Shown here in pieces: positions 18,816 through 29,638 of a stretch of 64,000 bases of DNA (within the stretch, counting starts at the first letter, position 1; every line of letters starts with the position of its first letter). The position numbers were made by a program, and so were the translations under genes. Source of the DNA: Patescibacteria group bacterium (GTDB lineage Bacteria; Patescibacteriota; Patescibacteriia; Buchananbacterales; UBA6539). Location of the stretch: assembly GCA_041662625.1 (NCBI GenBank), contig JBAZSB010000001.1, positions 310,467 through 374,466 on the forward strand. The letters are read 5' to 3'. The notes below the pieces were generated by a model that was not told the DNA's origin, did no database searches, and saw only the letters and a program-made list of their open reading frames with translations.

Positions 18816-18825
18816 ATGATTTTAA

Positions 18826-19086
18826 TTATTCTTTATTAAAATGTTTAAGCCAAACTTTTTTGAAAAATGGCATAGTAAGCGTAGAAATCATGAAAGCCAC
18901 CGAAGGCACAATCGCGTTTAGCCAGGGGTCAGGCAGATTTATTGCCTGCATATACACACCAACAGCCAGATAAGTGAATAACAGCAGCAAAAGCCTTCTG
19001 GTCCAGCTTTTTTCCCAGGCCTTATCCGCTTCCACCCGCTGATTTCTTTGTTCAATTTGTTGAATTTTTTGCTCTAGGTTATCCAT
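18826..19086 (-). CDS. small membrane protein, hypothetical
   Basis: 86 aa, two hydrophobic helices. Confidence 0.3.
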   Translation of the reverse strand: MDNLEQKIQQIEQRNQRVEADKAWEKSWTRRLLLLLFTYLAVGVYMQAINLPDPWLNAIVPSVAFMISTLTMPFFKKVWLKHFNKE

Positions 19087-19094
19087 ATTTTAAA

Positions 19095-19760
19095 CTATAA
19101 TCTGCCATCCCACTCGGCGAAGAACTGCTTTAAGTAAGCCTCGATGAACTTGTGCCTTCTAACTGCAATCTTTTTGGCAGTTTTAGTATTAAAATCGTCT
19201 TTCAGCCTTAAAATTTTGGAATAAAAATGCTCAATTTGCGATTGGTCAGTCTCGTCATCTTCATCATAGTATTTCCGACCTAAAGGCCTTCCCGGGAGCC
19301 AAATCGGCGTATCATGCACCCCACCCCAATGGAAAACCCGGGCAATGGCAATCGCGCCAACTGCATCTAAATTATCAGCGTCCTGAACAATTTTGGTTTC
19401 AAGATCAGTGCTCTTTCTGCCTTGTTTGGAAAAAGAATATTCCTCATGATTTTCAATACAATAAATAATTCTGGACAATTTTTCTTTGGGAATATTAATA
19501 CCTTTTAAAATCTCTTTGACTACAGGCAGCGATGCCTTAGGTGAGACATACTTTTTACCTGCCTTTCTCATCATTCGGTGGATGTCATGCAAAAAAGCCG
19601 CCACTGCAATCACTAACTTATCACCGCCTTCTTGTTTCTGAATTTTCAAAGCTAAATTTAAAGTTCTTTTCAAATGATAAATATCATGTTCCCCACTCGG
19701 ATGCGGAAATCGCTTTTTAACCTTGGCTTCCAGTTTATTGATGATTTTCTTTATGGTCAT
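19095..19760 (-). CDS. HD-domain metal-dependent phosphohydrolase
   Basis: HDIHR...D motif. Confidence 0.55.
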   Translation of the reverse strand: MTIKKIINKLEAKVKKRFPHPSGEHDIYHLKRTLNLALKIQKQEGGDKLVIAVAAFLHDIHRMMRKAGKKYVSPKASLPVVKEILKGINIPKEKLSRIIYCIENHEEYSFSKQGRKSTDLETKIVQDADNLDAVGAIAIARVFHWGGVHDTPIWLPGRPLGRKYYDEDDETDQSQIEHFYSKILRLKDDFNTKTAKKIAVRRHKFIEAYLKQFFAEWDGRL

Positions 19761-19932
19761 AAATCTATTTTCCGTCTTGTCACCCTAAACTTGTTTCGGC
19801 AGCCTTGTCATCCTGAATTTATTTCAGGATCTAGTCAATTTTTAGTGAGATTCCGAAATGAATTCGGAATGACAAAACAGATTAAGCTCTAGAGCGTCTT
19901 TTAATTTTATTCCTGTGTTTGTATTAATTCTT

Positions 19933-20421
19933 CTATAATGTTTCGATCCATTTTTTTGTAGTTTTTAAAAAATTATCAGGGTTTGTCTGTATTTCCTGCT
20001 TTAGTTCTTCTCTTTTAAACCATTTAATCTCTTCCACTTCGTCCTTATTAATAACAAACTCTGTTTCGGGCTTATCGATTTTAACCAGATATCGCTTTAC
20101 AAAATAATTATATTTTCCTGATACTCTTTCTTTTGACCCTTCTTGCAAAGCAATATTTTTTAATCCCAATTCTTCTTCAGCTTCTTTAATGATATTTGTT
20201 CTGTAGTCTTCCCCTTCCTCAACTGTCCCGGCTACTGCCGGGCCCCACTTTCCCGGATCATGGGATTTTGTCAAAGCTCGGCGTGCAAGCATTATCTCGC
20301 CTTGACTGTTTGCAACCCATAGCGCCGACACCCGATAAATATCTTCTTGCTTAACAGCGTCTCTGTCTTTATATCCAATTACATTATCATTTTCATCAAC
20401 AATTATAATCTTGGACTTCAT
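19933..20421 (-). CDS. NUDIX hydrolase
   Basis: Nudix box GTVEEGEDYRTNIIKEAEEELGL. Confidence 0.7.
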   Translation of the reverse strand: MKSKIIIVDENDNVIGYKDRDAVKQEDIYRVSALWVANSQGEIMLARRALTKSHDPGKWGPAVAGTVEEGEDYRTNIIKEAEEELGLKNIALQEGSKERVSGKYNYFVKRYLVKIDKPETEFVINKDEVEEIKWFKREELKQEIQTNPDNFLKTTKKWIETL

Positions 20422-20945
20422 AAAGAATAATGACTAAAATATTTATCGAACGTAGCGTCTGCTGTTTGCCCGGTTGTATCAATAAAATTCTCCTTACCAA
20501 TCACGTCTTTTATCGCCTCAAATTCAGCCCGAACCGCTGTTATGCGATCAACCCCAGTGGTCCAACATTCGCGCTCCTTGTCTCTTTTTATCATCTCTTC
20601 TTTGGTTGGAAACAAAACTTTAATTTCTAAATCATTGCCGAATTCTTTTTTAAACCTTTCAAAAAATTCTAAATAATGACCAAAAATTAAATAATCAATA
20701 ACAATCTTATCTTTGCTGTGGTTATATATTTTTTTCACTTCAGCAAAAATCTTATCATGCGCTTGTTTTAATTTTTCAAAATTTTCCGGCAGCCAGTGAA
20801 GTCCCTCGGGAAAAAATTCACTATCCAGCCGGTCCCCATCAACTTTGATAAAACCACACCTCTTAACTAACAAATCAGCAATTGTGGTTTTACCTGAACC
20901 TCCGGGGCCAGTCAAAATCAATACCCTTTTGCTGTTATTTTTCAT
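20418..20945 (-). CDS. P-loop kinase (AAA_33-like)
   Basis: Walker A LTGPGGSGKTT; start trimmed to avoid overlap with the secA stop. Confidence 0.5.
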   Translation of the reverse strand: MKNNSKRVLILTGPGGSGKTTIADLLVKRCGFIKVDGDRLDSEFFPEGLHWLPENFEKLKQAHDKIFAEVKKIYNHSKDKIVIDYLIFGHYLEFFERFKKEFGNDLEIKVLFPTKEEMIKRDKERECWTTGVDRITAVRAEFEAIKDVIGKENFIDTTGQTADATFDKYFSHYSL

Positions 20946-20959
20946 AGTCATTATTAGTT

Positions 20960-23701
20960 CTAAGCCCCATGGCACTTCTTAAACTTTTTCCCCGAACCAC
21001 ACGGGCAGGGATCGTTGCGGCCGACTTTTTGGCCTTGAAAGTAATGAGTGGCGTCATCAACAGGCGCCTGCGATTCCCGGCTTTCCACTTCTTTCTGCTG
21101 CGGAGTCTTGCCAACTGCACCAGCGGCTTGGGCAATGGCTGAGCTGCTGCCGTCCCCGGTTTTGGCCGGAGCACGGAAAGTTAAGCCTTGGGCCTGCTGC
21201 ATGGCAGATGGTGCAATTTTAGTGGCCACGCCGACTTTGTAAATACTATAAACAATTTGTTTTCGAATTATTGCCAACAATTCTTTGAAAAGGCCAAAAG
21301 CTTCTCTTTTATATTCAACCAAAGGATCGCGCTGGCCATAACCGCGCAGACCAATGCCGGTGCGCAGATGATCGACAGCTTCCAAATGCTCAATCCACAA
21401 AGTATCAATACTGCGCAGCATTATCCCCTTTTCCACCTGGCGCATCGCATCGGGTTTACCGACTACAGCGGTAATTTCTGTTTCCAGCCGGTTATAATTT
21501 TCCACAGCTAATTTAAACAGATAACCCAAGAGTTTTCCCCTGGCACTTTTGTCTTCAAGATTACTGCCCGCCTCCAGGGCGATATCTTCCAGTTTCAGCC
21601 GCGTTATGGGTGGCACCGGAAAGATGGTATTAATTACTTCATAAATTTCTTCCAGATTCCAAGTCTTTTCATTATCTGCAGCCGTATGAAAATTCAAAAC
21701 CTCGGTAATTTCCTGCTTGACCAAATCCAAGACCTGATCTTTTAAACCTTCAGCCGCCAGAACTTCCCGGCGCTTTTTATAAATAGTTTCCCGGTGCTTG
21801 TTTAAAACATCATCATATTCAACCAAATGTTTTCGGGTGTCAAAATGGTAGCCTTCAACTTTCTTCTGGGCCGCTTCTAGGGACTTGGAAATCATCCGGT
21901 TTTCAATCGGCATGTCATCAGGCACTTTCAAAGTTTCCATCAGCTTTTTGATCCGGTCGGAACCAAAAATCCGCATTAAATCGTCGTCGAGTGAAACATA
22001 AAATTGCGAGGCACCCGGATCGCCCTGGCGGCCACCGCGGCCACGCAGCTGATTATCAATCCGGCGTGACTCGTGGCGTTCAGTACCCAAAATAAACAAA
22101 CCACCAGCTTCTTTGACTTTCTGTTCTTCTTCCGGATCAACGGGATCACCGCCTAATTTAATATCAACCCCTCGGCCAGCCATGTTAGTGGCTACTGTCA
22201 CTGCACCTAACCTCCCAGCCTGAGTAATAATCTGGGCTTCTTTTTCGTGTTGCTTGGCATTTAAAATTTGGGCTTGGATTCCTTCGCGCTGCAAAAGTTG
22301 GCCCAAAAGCTCATTTTTTTCAATGGAAATTGTACCAATTAAAACCGGCTGGCCTTTTTGGCTCCGCTCTTTGACTTCTTTGACCACAGCCTGAAATTTA
22401 CATTCTTCATTTTTATAAATCCGGTCCGACAAGTCCCGCCTGATCATCGGCTGGTTGGTCGGAATTTCCGTGACATCAAGTTTATAAATTTTGGAAAATT
22501 CTTCGGCTTCAGTTGCCGCCGTTCCGGTCATACCGGATAATTTTTTGTAAAGCCGGAAATAATTCTGAAAAGTAACGGTAGCTAAAGTCCGTGATTCACG
22601 CTGGACTTCCACGCCTTCCTGGGCTTCAATTGCCTGGTGCAGGCCTTCGCTGTAACGCCGGCCAAACATCATCCGACCAGTGAATTCATCAACAATAATT
22701 ACTTCACCGTCTTGCACGACGTAATCTCGATCACGCTTAAACAAAGCATGGGCTCTTAAAGCCTGCTCAATATGATGAACTTCGGAAATTCCCCGCTCAG
22801 TATAAATATTATCAACCCCAAGCCACTTTTCCATTCTGGTGACTCCCCCTTCAGTCAGAGTGGCTGAACGCATCTTTTCATCAACATTATAATCTTCATT
22901 TTCCTTAAGTTGAGTAACTAACTTGGCAAACTGGTAATATTTATCCGTTGACTCCATATCTGGTGCTGAAATAATCAAAGGGGTCCGGGCTTCATCAATC
23001 AAAATACTGTCGACTTCATCAACAATGGCATAGTGTAAATCCCGCTGCACCATTTGCACCAACTCCTGGACCATGTTGTCACGCAAATAATCAAAACCAA
23101 ATTCATTATTGGTGCCATAAGTGATATCAGCTAAATAAGCATCTTTTCGCGAAATCGGCCGCAGGTGAACCAACTTTTCATCGGTGGTATTTTCATCAAT
23201 ATAATTTGGATCATACAAAAAAGCGGCCTCATGAACAATGACGCCAACTGATAATCCCAGTGAATAATAAATTGGGCCCATCCAGCCGCAATCGCGCCGT
23301 GACAAATAATCGTTAACTGTCACCAGATGCGTCCCCTTGCCTTCCAAAGCATTCAGATAAAGGGACAGTGTTGCGGCCAAAGTTTTACCTTCACCGGTTT
23401 TTTGTTCGGCAATCTGGCCCTGATGCAGACAAATGCCGGCTAAAAGCTGAACATCGTAATGCCGCTGCTTAATGGTTCGCTTGGCTGCTTCGCGGACACA
23501 GGCAAAAGCTTGGGGTAAAATGTCATCCAGAGTTTTTCCTTTGGCTAGTTCATCTTTGAATTTGGCAGTTTGCTCTTTCAGCTGGTCATTAGAAAAAGAC
23601 TCGAATTTTTTTTCGAGTTGGTTGATTTGATCAACAAGTGGTTTCAGCTTTTCCAGAAACTTCTCGTTAGGATCACCCAAGATGATATTTAAAAAAGACA
23701 T
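20960..23701 (-). CDS. secA: preprotein translocase ATPase SecA
   Basis: 913 aa; DEAD-motor and SecA wing/scaffold pattern; C-terminal zinc finger [14 protein letters not shown]. Confidence 0.9.
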   Translation of the reverse strand: MSFLNIILGDPNEKFLEKLKPLVDQINQLEKKFESFSNDQLKEQTAKFKDELAKGKTLDDILPQAFACVREAAKRTIKQRHYDVQLLAGICLHQGQIAEQKTGEGKTLAATLSLYLNALEGKGTHLVTVNDYLSRRDCGWMGPIYYSLGLSVGVIVHEAAFLYDPNYIDENTTDEKLVHLRPISRKDAYLADITYGTNNEFGFDYLRDNMVQELVQMVQRDLHYAIVDEVDSILIDEARTPLIISAPDMESTDKYYQFAKLVTQLKENEDYNVDEKMRSATLTEGGVTRMEKWLGVDNIYTERGISEVHHIEQALRAHALFKRDRDYVVQDGEVIIVDEFTGRMMFGRRYSEGLHQAIEAQEGVEVQRESRTLATVTFQNYFRLYKKLSGMTGTAATEAEEFSKIYKLDVTEIPTNQPMIRRDLSDRIYKNEECKFQAVVKEVKERSQKGQPVLIGTISIEKNELLGQLLQREGIQAQILNAKQHEKEAQIITQAGRLGAVTVATNMAGRGVDIKLGGDPVDPEEEQKVKEAGGLFILGTERHESRRIDNQLRGRGGRQGDPGASQFYVSLDDDLMRIFGSDRIKKLMETLKVPDDMPIENRMISKSLEAAQKKVEGYHFDTRKHLVEYDDVLNKHRETIYKKRREVLAAEGLKDQVLDLVKQEITEVLNFHTAADNEKTWNLEEIYEVINTIFPVPPITRLKLEDIALEAGSNLEDKSARGKLLGYLFKLAVENYNRLETEITAVVGKPDAMRQVEKGIMLRSIDTLWIEHLEAVDHLRTGIGLRGYGQRDPLVEYKREAFGLFKELLAIIRKQIVYSIYKVGVATKIAPSAMQQAQGLTFRAPAKTGDGSSSAIAQAAGAVGKTPQQKEVESRESQAPVDDATHYFQGQKVGRNDPCPCGSGKKFKKCHGA

Positions 23702-23859
23702 AGAAATGCCTCTGTATTATACTAGATTATAATATATTTGACAAGAGTAAAAAATTGAGTTAAAGTACAAAATCAACAAGGGAGAGGAAGTAGAAGTTTG
23801 GCATTGGCAGAAGTACGGCACAAATTTGTCCCTTAGTGATAGGGACAGGAGGGCATAAC

Positions 23860-24570
23860 ATGATGCCGAGCATACTGCTAGTTGATAGCAGCGAACTGAC
23901 ACTGAGCGTAACCACCCGATTACTGGTGGCTCTCAAGTGTAACGTGTTGGTTAGTACTACCGCTGAAGGAGCGCTAAGAGCACTTCAGTCTGACGAAATT
24001 GACCTGGTCATAACCGAAACCGGCGATTGGGTCGGAGGTGGTGGGGCGACATTTCTTCCCACCCTGAAACAGGCCAGCAAGGTACCGGTGGTAATCCTGG
24101 GCGGCAGTGTCGGGGATCTAGATACACAGATCCTGACGGCAGCTGGGTTTGCCGTACACCATAAACCGACCACCAAGGACATCCTGCGAACGATCGTTGC
24201 CGTCACCAAAAAGATACTGCTCGTTGACGAAGACCAACTGGCAAGGGAAGCTGTGACAGAAATGCTCCAAGCTCTTGGGCACCCTGTGACTGCCGTTGCT
24301 ACCACCAAGGAGGCGCTGGCAGCGTTCAAGGCTGGAGGATTCAGCCTCGTCATCACCGAGAGCGGAGAAGTTCTTGTCGACGGCGGGGTGGAATTTCTCA
24401 CCGCTCTAAAAAGGCATAACGGCCATGTACCCGCGATAATCCTCGGCAGCAGTGTCAGTACTAAGGACGAGGAAGTAGCGAGCATGATGGCGGCTGGGTT
24501 TGCCGGCGTCTGGCGAAAGACGGTCACTCTATCCGAATTGGGGACGATTGTGGCTTCAGTCATCGGCTGA
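23860..24570 (+). CDS. tandem receiver-domain protein (two CheY-like domains, the second lacking the acceptor Asp), GC-rich foreign-looking gene
   Basis: ILLVDSSEL...IDLVITE and ILLVDEDQL...FSLVITE repeats; promoter TTGACA-17-TAAAGT and SD GGAGGG upstream; GC-rich. Confidence 0.5.
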   Translation: MMPSILLVDSSELTLSVTTRLLVALKCNVLVSTTAEGALRALQSDEIDLVITETGDWVGGGGATFLPTLKQASKVPVVILGGSVGDLDTQILTAAGFAVHHKPTTKDILRTIVAVTKKILLVDEDQLAREAVTEMLQALGHPVTAVATTKEALAAFKAGGFSLVITESGEVLVDGGVEFLTALKRHNGHVPAIILGSSVSTKDEEVASMMAAGFAGVWRKTVTLSELGTIVASVIG

Positions 24571-24608
24571 ACAGCCACGTCCTTCTTCGACAACTCTTGT
24601 GTTGATCA

Positions 24609-24631
24609 CGACTCCTCCGGGAGTCGTTTTT
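24609..24631 (+). terminator. intrinsic terminator of the receiver cassette
   Basis: CGACTCC-tccg-GGAGTCG-TTTTT. Confidence 0.65.
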
Positions 24632-25615
24632 CTAAAAACCTAAATATTGGACTTCTTCCTGAATCTGGGCGCCCAATTGGTTCCTGACCCGCATTTTAAC
24701 ATCAGAAATTAGCATCATGACGTGTTCGGCTTTGGCCTCACCAGTATTAATAAAAAAGGCACAATGTTTATCAGAAATTTTGCAGCCGCCAATTGTTTTA
24801 TTTTTCAAACCTAAATGGTCAATCACAAAGCCAATCGGCAATTTGCCAAACGCCGTTGCTTCCTGCCATTCTTTTTCAGTGATATCTAATTCCTTAATGG
24901 CTTTTTGGGGATCGATTGCAACTTTATCCAGTTCAATGTTTTGAAAAATGCAGCCAGCGCTGGGTTCATAGGGCAATTTATCATTGCGATCTTTGATTAT
25001 TTTAAGCACTTCGGCATGAATTGCTTGGGAGTCACCATTTTTTAAACCGACAACAACCGATAGAATAATGCCGCCGGTTTGTTTAACCAGACTTTGCCGG
25101 TAACTATATTTCATTTCTTCTTTAGTCAACTCTTGGACTTGCCCATTTTGATAAACTTTAACTTTTTTTATAACATCGCCAAATCCCTTGCCATAAGCGC
25201 CGGCATTGCCTCGCGCAGCGCCACCAACGGTTCCCGGAATTCCTGAAGCAAATTCTAAACCAGTTAAGCCAGCCCGGGCGGCCTCCCCAACTAGCCGGCT
25301 CAGATTGACTCCGGCTTCGGCAAAAATTTCTTCACCTCTGACTTCAAAATTTTCGCTGAGGGTTTTTATTACTAAGCCAGCAAAACCATTATCAGCAACC
25401 ACCAAGTTGCTGCCCCAACCCAAAATAAAATAAGGCAGGTTTAAATCTTGGGCTGTTTTAACCGCCAAAAGTAATTCATCGCTATTTTTGGCAACATAAA
25501 AATACTTAGCCGGTCCACCAATCTTAAAAGTGGTGTGATTAGCCATTGGCTCGTTTTCTTTAACGGTGCCAAGTTTTTGCTGTAGCTGACTTAACATAAA
25601 AGAATTTAGAATCAC
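24632..25615 (-). CDS. murB: UDP-N-acetylenolpyruvoylglucosamine reductase MurB
   Basis: HTTFKIGGPAKYF FAD-binding motif; 327 aa; true start may be the internal Met (MLSQLQQ, about 25597). Confidence 0.8.
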   Translation of the reverse strand: MILNSFMLSQLQQKLGTVKENEPMANHTTFKIGGPAKYFYVAKNSDELLLAVKTAQDLNLPYFILGWGSNLVVADNGFAGLVIKTLSENFEVRGEEIFAEAGVNLSRLVGEAARAGLTGLEFASGIPGTVGGAARGNAGAYGKGFGDVIKKVKVYQNGQVQELTKEEMKYSYRQSLVKQTGGIILSVVVGLKNGDSQAIHAEVLKIIKDRNDKLPYEPSAGCIFQNIELDKVAIDPQKAIKELDITEKEWQEATAFGKLPIGFVIDHLGLKNKTIGGCKISDKHCAFFINTGEAKAEHVMMLISDVKMRVRNQLGAQIQEEVQYLGF

Positions 25616-25680
25616 GAATCAAGAATTAAGGTTGCTTAGCAATTCTCCCTTGATTCTTACTTCTTACTTCTTGATTCTAA
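25604..25680. repeat. intergenic palindromic tandem-repeat hairpin, GAATCAAG type, loop core TTAAGGTTGCTTAGCAA
   Basis: gaatcacgaatcaagaattaaggttgcttagcaattctcccttgattcttacttcttacttcttgattc between the murC stop and the murB start. Confidence 0.7.
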
Positions 25681-27065
25681 TTAATTAGCTTATCCCTAAC
25701 CCGATACACATCTCCTGCCCCCATTGTTACTAAAACTATGCCGGGTTTAATTTTATCTTTCAAACAATTAACTGCGTGATTTAAATCGCCAGCATAAATA
25801 ACATTCTGATGGTAGATTTTGGCTTCTTTGGCCAAATCTTTGGAAGTGATATCTTCGGCTTGTTCCCGGGCGGAAGCAAAAATATCAGCGAATAGCACCA
25901 TATCCACATCATTGAAACTTTGGGCAAAATCATTTAACAAAGCCTTGGTCCGGGAAGCCATATGCGGCTGAAAAACACACCAAATCAAATTATTGGGGAA
26001 ACGCTGACGAATGGCTTTCAGGGTAGTTTTGATTTCGGTGGGATGATGGGCGTAATCATCAACAAAAGTGATACCATTTCTTTCAGAAATATCAAAACGC
26101 CTTTCGCTACCTTTAAATTGTTTCAAAATATTTTGGATTTCGCCGATTTTTAGTCCCTCATTTAAACCAATAATTATTACCGCCAAAGCATTTAAGGCAT
26201 TATGCTCGCCAAAAAGTCCGATTTCAAATTCACCAAAGTCCTGGCCGGCTTTTTTAACTTTAAAAATAGTACGATCGAATTCCACTCTAACATCATAAGC
26301 TTGCCAAGTATTACTTACCTCAAAGCCATAAGTGACGGTTTTGCTTTCATTACCTTTAATAATTTTTTTAATGGCGGGCCAATCGCCACAAACTACCAAT
26401 AGCTCTTTGGTTTTCTGGACTAATTTTTGGAATGCAACCTCCATTGATTCTAAATCAGGATAGATATCAACATGTTCCCATTCTAAACTGGTAATTACCG
26501 AAATTGCCGGATCTAAATCTAAAAATTTTGGCGTTTTATCTTCTTTACTGCGGACATATTCATCACCTTCGACAATAAAGTGGACGCCTGAGGCCCACTT
26601 GGAATTGCTGCCTAAATCCGGCACCATCCCTGTACCAATCAAAAAACTGGGGTCAAGGCCGGCCTGAGAAAACAAATAGGCCATTAGCGCAGTTGTTGTC
26701 GTTTTGCCATGGACACCGGTAATGGCAATAGTTTTTTTCTCTTGGCTTAATAAACCCCGCATTTCTGAATCAGTAATATTAGGCAATTTCCTTTTTTTAG
26801 TTTCGGCTACTTCAATATTATCATCTCCCCAGGAAGTGCCAATTACCACTAAATCCGGATTACAATCCAGATTTGCTGCCGAAAAATCTTCAAAAATTTC
26901 AATCTCATGATCAATTAAAATTTTATCAGTAATAAATTTTTCTTCAACATCGGAACCAAAAACTTCCAGCCCTTTTTGTTTACAAATTACCGCCAAGCCT
27001 GACATCGCCACGCCTTTAATGCCGATGAAATAAACTCTTTTGATTTTAGCTAGATTAATAGCCAT
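25677..27065 (-). CDS. murC: UDP-N-acetylmuramate--L-alanine ligase MurC
   Basis: Mur ligase domains; GVHGKTTTTAL P-loop. Confidence 0.85.
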   Translation of the reverse strand: MAINLAKIKRVYFIGIKGVAMSGLAVICKQKGLEVFGSDVEEKFITDKILIDHEIEIFEDFSAANLDCNPDLVVIGTSWGDDNIEVAETKKRKLPNITDSEMRGLLSQEKKTIAITGVHGKTTTTALMAYLFSQAGLDPSFLIGTGMVPDLGSNSKWASGVHFIVEGDEYVRSKEDKTPKFLDLDPAISVITSLEWEHVDIYPDLESMEVAFQKLVQKTKELLVVCGDWPAIKKIIKGNESKTVTYGFEVSNTWQAYDVRVEFDRTIFKVKKAGQDFGEFEIGLFGEHNALNALAVIIIGLNEGLKIGEIQNILKQFKGSERRFDISERNGITFVDDYAHHPTEIKTTLKAIRQRFPNNLIWCVFQPHMASRTKALLNDFAQSFNDVDMVLFADIFASAREQAEDITSKDLAKEAKIYHQNVIYAGDLNHAVNCLKDKIKPGIVLVTMGAGDVYRVRDKLIN

Positions 27066-27088
27066 AGTATTAAATTACAAATTTCAAG

Positions 27089-27967
27089 CTACAGTCCCAG
27101 ATCCCTTTTAATTTGCGGTAACGCTTTCAAGGCCGCTTTCCGTCCCTCCTCAACACAATAAGCCACTGAATTAGTCTGATAGCGTTTGACTTGTTCAATT
27201 TGGGGCCGAATCAAAATATCATAAGGGTAAGCATGATGATAAAAATTATTGACTTGGTTGATTGATAAACTAATCGCCCGCCCGACTAACTGAAATATAT
27301 TTAAATCTTTTTGTCCCACGATTTTTTTCTGCTCGATTAATTTATCGCGCTTACTGAGCTTTTTAAAGTTGGCCAGAAAACGGGTAATCAAACCGGGATC
27401 TTTTGCCACGTAAACCGCCATCACATAATCTGCCCCGTTTTGGTATAAGGTCTTTGAAGGAATCATGTTAAAATTACCGCCATCAATCAAAATTTTTCCA
27501 TCTTTTTTGATTGGCACAAATATTCCTGGCACTGTTACCGCCGCCCGCATGACCTCACTTATCTTTCCTTGCTCAACAATTACTTCTTCCATACTGACTA
27601 AATCGGTCAAGGCAACCATTAATCTCTTATTTAAGTCACAAAATTCTTTGTCACCGACAAATTCCTCAAAAAACTTTTGGTTTTTCTCTCCTTTCAAAAA
27701 ACCTTCTTTGGGCAGTGTTGGTTCGAAAATTATTCGCCAATAATCACGCCGGTTGCCGGCAATCATTCGTTTTTTCAATTCCGGTAAAGTCCCGGCGGCA
27801 TAAACAGCGGCAATGGCCGCACCAGAGCTACAACCAGAAATTATATCAATCGGAATATTGTTTTCTTCCAAAACTTCAATCACACCAATAGCCGCAGTGG
27901 CCCGGATAAAACCACCGCTGATAGCTAGACCGACTTTTTTTCTGGCTGGTTGATTTGATAAATCCAT
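27089..27967 (-). CDS. patatin-like phospholipase
   Basis: GGFIRATAAIG oxyanion region and GCSSG (GxSxG) nucleophile; DGG motif. Confidence 0.7.
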   Translation of the reverse strand: MDLSNQPARKKVGLAISGGFIRATAAIGVIEVLEENNIPIDIISGCSSGAAIAAVYAAGTLPELKKRMIAGNRRDYWRIIFEPTLPKEGFLKGEKNQKFFEEFVGDKEFCDLNKRLMVALTDLVSMEEVIVEQGKISEVMRAAVTVPGIFVPIKKDGKILIDGGNFNMIPSKTLYQNGADYVMAVYVAKDPGLITRFLANFKKLSKRDKLIEQKKIVGQKDLNIFQLVGRAISLSINQVNNFYHHAYPYDILIRPQIEQVKRYQTNSVAYCVEEGRKAALKALPQIKRDLGL

Positions 27968-27971
27968 ATTT

Positions 27972-29018
27972 TTATAAAATCATCGCTGTAATTTTTTCCG
28001 CCGCGTCTTTTGGCATCATCTTGGCGATATTCCGGCTCAGGTTGGCTAACTCTGCCTGGTCAAACAAAAGTGTTTTAATTGCTTGGAAAAATTTCTGACT
28101 GGACAAATCATTTTCATCCAGTACAGCAATGGCATTATTACGAAAAAATTCAACGGCATTATCCTGCTGATGGCTGGCTGGGATTGGAATGATAATAGCG
28201 GGCTTTGCCAAGGCCGCCAACTCAGTCAAAGTGCCTAAGCCGGCTCGGGCAACAACTAAATCAGCAATAGCATAGGCATTCTTCATTTGATCAGTTAAAA
28301 AGTCATAGGAGCGATAACGGGGATGCTCAGCGGTTTTTTGCTGCCGGCCGCCGGTTAAATGAATCACCTGACAGAATTGAACTAATTCCTCAAGACTTTC
28401 AATTACCAAACTATTTAAATTTAAGGCACCAGTGCCACCACCTAAAATTAAAATTGTCGGCAAGTCAGACTTAAAACCAAAAAATTTGTAACCGGCTTCT
28501 TTACTGCCGGTTAAAATATCCGCTCGCACGGGATTACCAACCAAATGAGTTTTTTTGGCTGGGAAATCTTTCAATGATTTTTCAAAAGTAACCGTGATCA
28601 TGTTGGCAAAGGGGGCCATTAGTTTATTGGCTAAACCTGGCCGGACATCCTGCTGATGAATAATCAAAGGCCGGCGCAAAAACCAAGCCGCCCAGGCCAC
28701 CGGCACTGAAACAAAGCCGCCAGCCGAAAGCACGGCCTGAGGCTTAAATTTTAAAATAATAAATAATGACTGCCAAAAGCCAAAAAAGATTAAAAAAGGA
28801 TCTAAAAAATTCTTGAAGCTGAAATAACGCCGGAGCTTCCCAGAAAATATTTTTTTCAAAGGAATCTGGTAACTGCTGATTAAATTTTCTTCCGGTCCAT
28901 CCGATGTTGCCAACCATAAAAATTCAGCCTGCGGCTGATTTTTTTTGATTTCTTCATAAATAGCAATTAGGGGGCTGACCGAACCCAAGGTTCCACCCCC
29001 GGAAAGAATGACTCGCAT
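27972..29018 (-). CDS. murG: undecaprenyldiphospho-muramoylpentapeptide beta-N-acetylglucosaminyltransferase MurG
   Basis: GT28 N/C domains; GGGTGALNLN motif. Confidence 0.85.
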   Translation of the reverse strand: MRVILSGGGTLGSVSPLIAIYEEIKKNQPQAEFLWLATSDGPEENLISSYQIPLKKIFSGKLRRYFSFKNFLDPFLIFFGFWQSLFIILKFKPQAVLSAGGFVSVPVAWAAWFLRRPLIIHQQDVRPGLANKLMAPFANMITVTFEKSLKDFPAKKTHLVGNPVRADILTGSKEAGYKFFGFKSDLPTILILGGGTGALNLNSLVIESLEELVQFCQVIHLTGGRQQKTAEHPRYRSYDFLTDQMKNAYAIADLVVARAGLGTLTELAALAKPAIIIPIPASHQQDNAVEFFRNNAIAVLDENDLSSQKFFQAIKTLLFDQAELANLSRNIAKMMPKDAAEKITAMIL

Positions 29019-29266
29019 ACCCGGTAGTAGTCCCGCCCTTTTTCTTTTTTTGAAAAATAACGGGGAATTTTATTAATTTTATATTTATCCCAATAGTAAT
29101 CCTATCAATTAAAGGAGTGGGATCACTACCGGGTATAGCTAAAAAATAACAGATTTCTGACAAAAAATCAATAACTACCGATGTTATTTCTAATGATTGA
29201 CATTAATTAAAAAATTTAGTAAGCTTGAAGGCAACTTTGTCCCAACGACGAAGAGGAGGGAATGAA

Positions 29267-29527
29267 ATGGGCATAAAAAATGCTCTCGGCTACCGACTGT
29301 ACCTGTTCTACGAACTGTGGTTCTGTTTTACCCGCGGCGTCCGGCTCCATACGTTGATTGCTTGCCGCCACTGCGGTAAGGAGCCAACCAAACGGCAAGG
29401 CTGCCCCCAAAGCTGCCGGCAAGGAGTGTTTTTCGAGGAAGACATCTATGGCCGGCCGGGACTTTGGCTCAGGCGGGTGATCCGGGCTATTCAGGCCGAA
29501 GTATTTGGCTACCCCTGTCTGGGGTAA
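29267..29527 (+). CDS. hypothetical 86-aa Cys/His-containing small protein in a GC-rich mini-cassette (may instead be a structured RNA)
   Basis: SD GGAGGG 7 nt before the ATG; CRHCGK...CPQSC cluster; followed by a strong terminator; an antisense ORF is also open. Confidence 0.25.
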   Translation: MGIKNALGYRLYLFYELWFCFTRGVRLHTLIACRHCGKEPTKRQGCPQSCRQGVFFEEDIYGRPGLWLRRVIRAIQAEVFGYPCLG

Positions 29528-29564
29528 CCACTCCTCCTGGTTAGCACTAATCAATCGTACCCTT

Positions 29565-29592
29565 GAGACCGTCTCCGGACGGCTCTTTTTTT
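29565..29592 (+). terminator. intrinsic terminator of the small GC-rich cassette
   Basis: GAGACCGTC-tccg-GACGGCTC-TTTTTTT. Confidence 0.65.
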
Positions 29593-29638
29593 AATTAAAA
29601 AAACTCTAAAATAGAGTTTTAAAAAATTAAATTTAATT

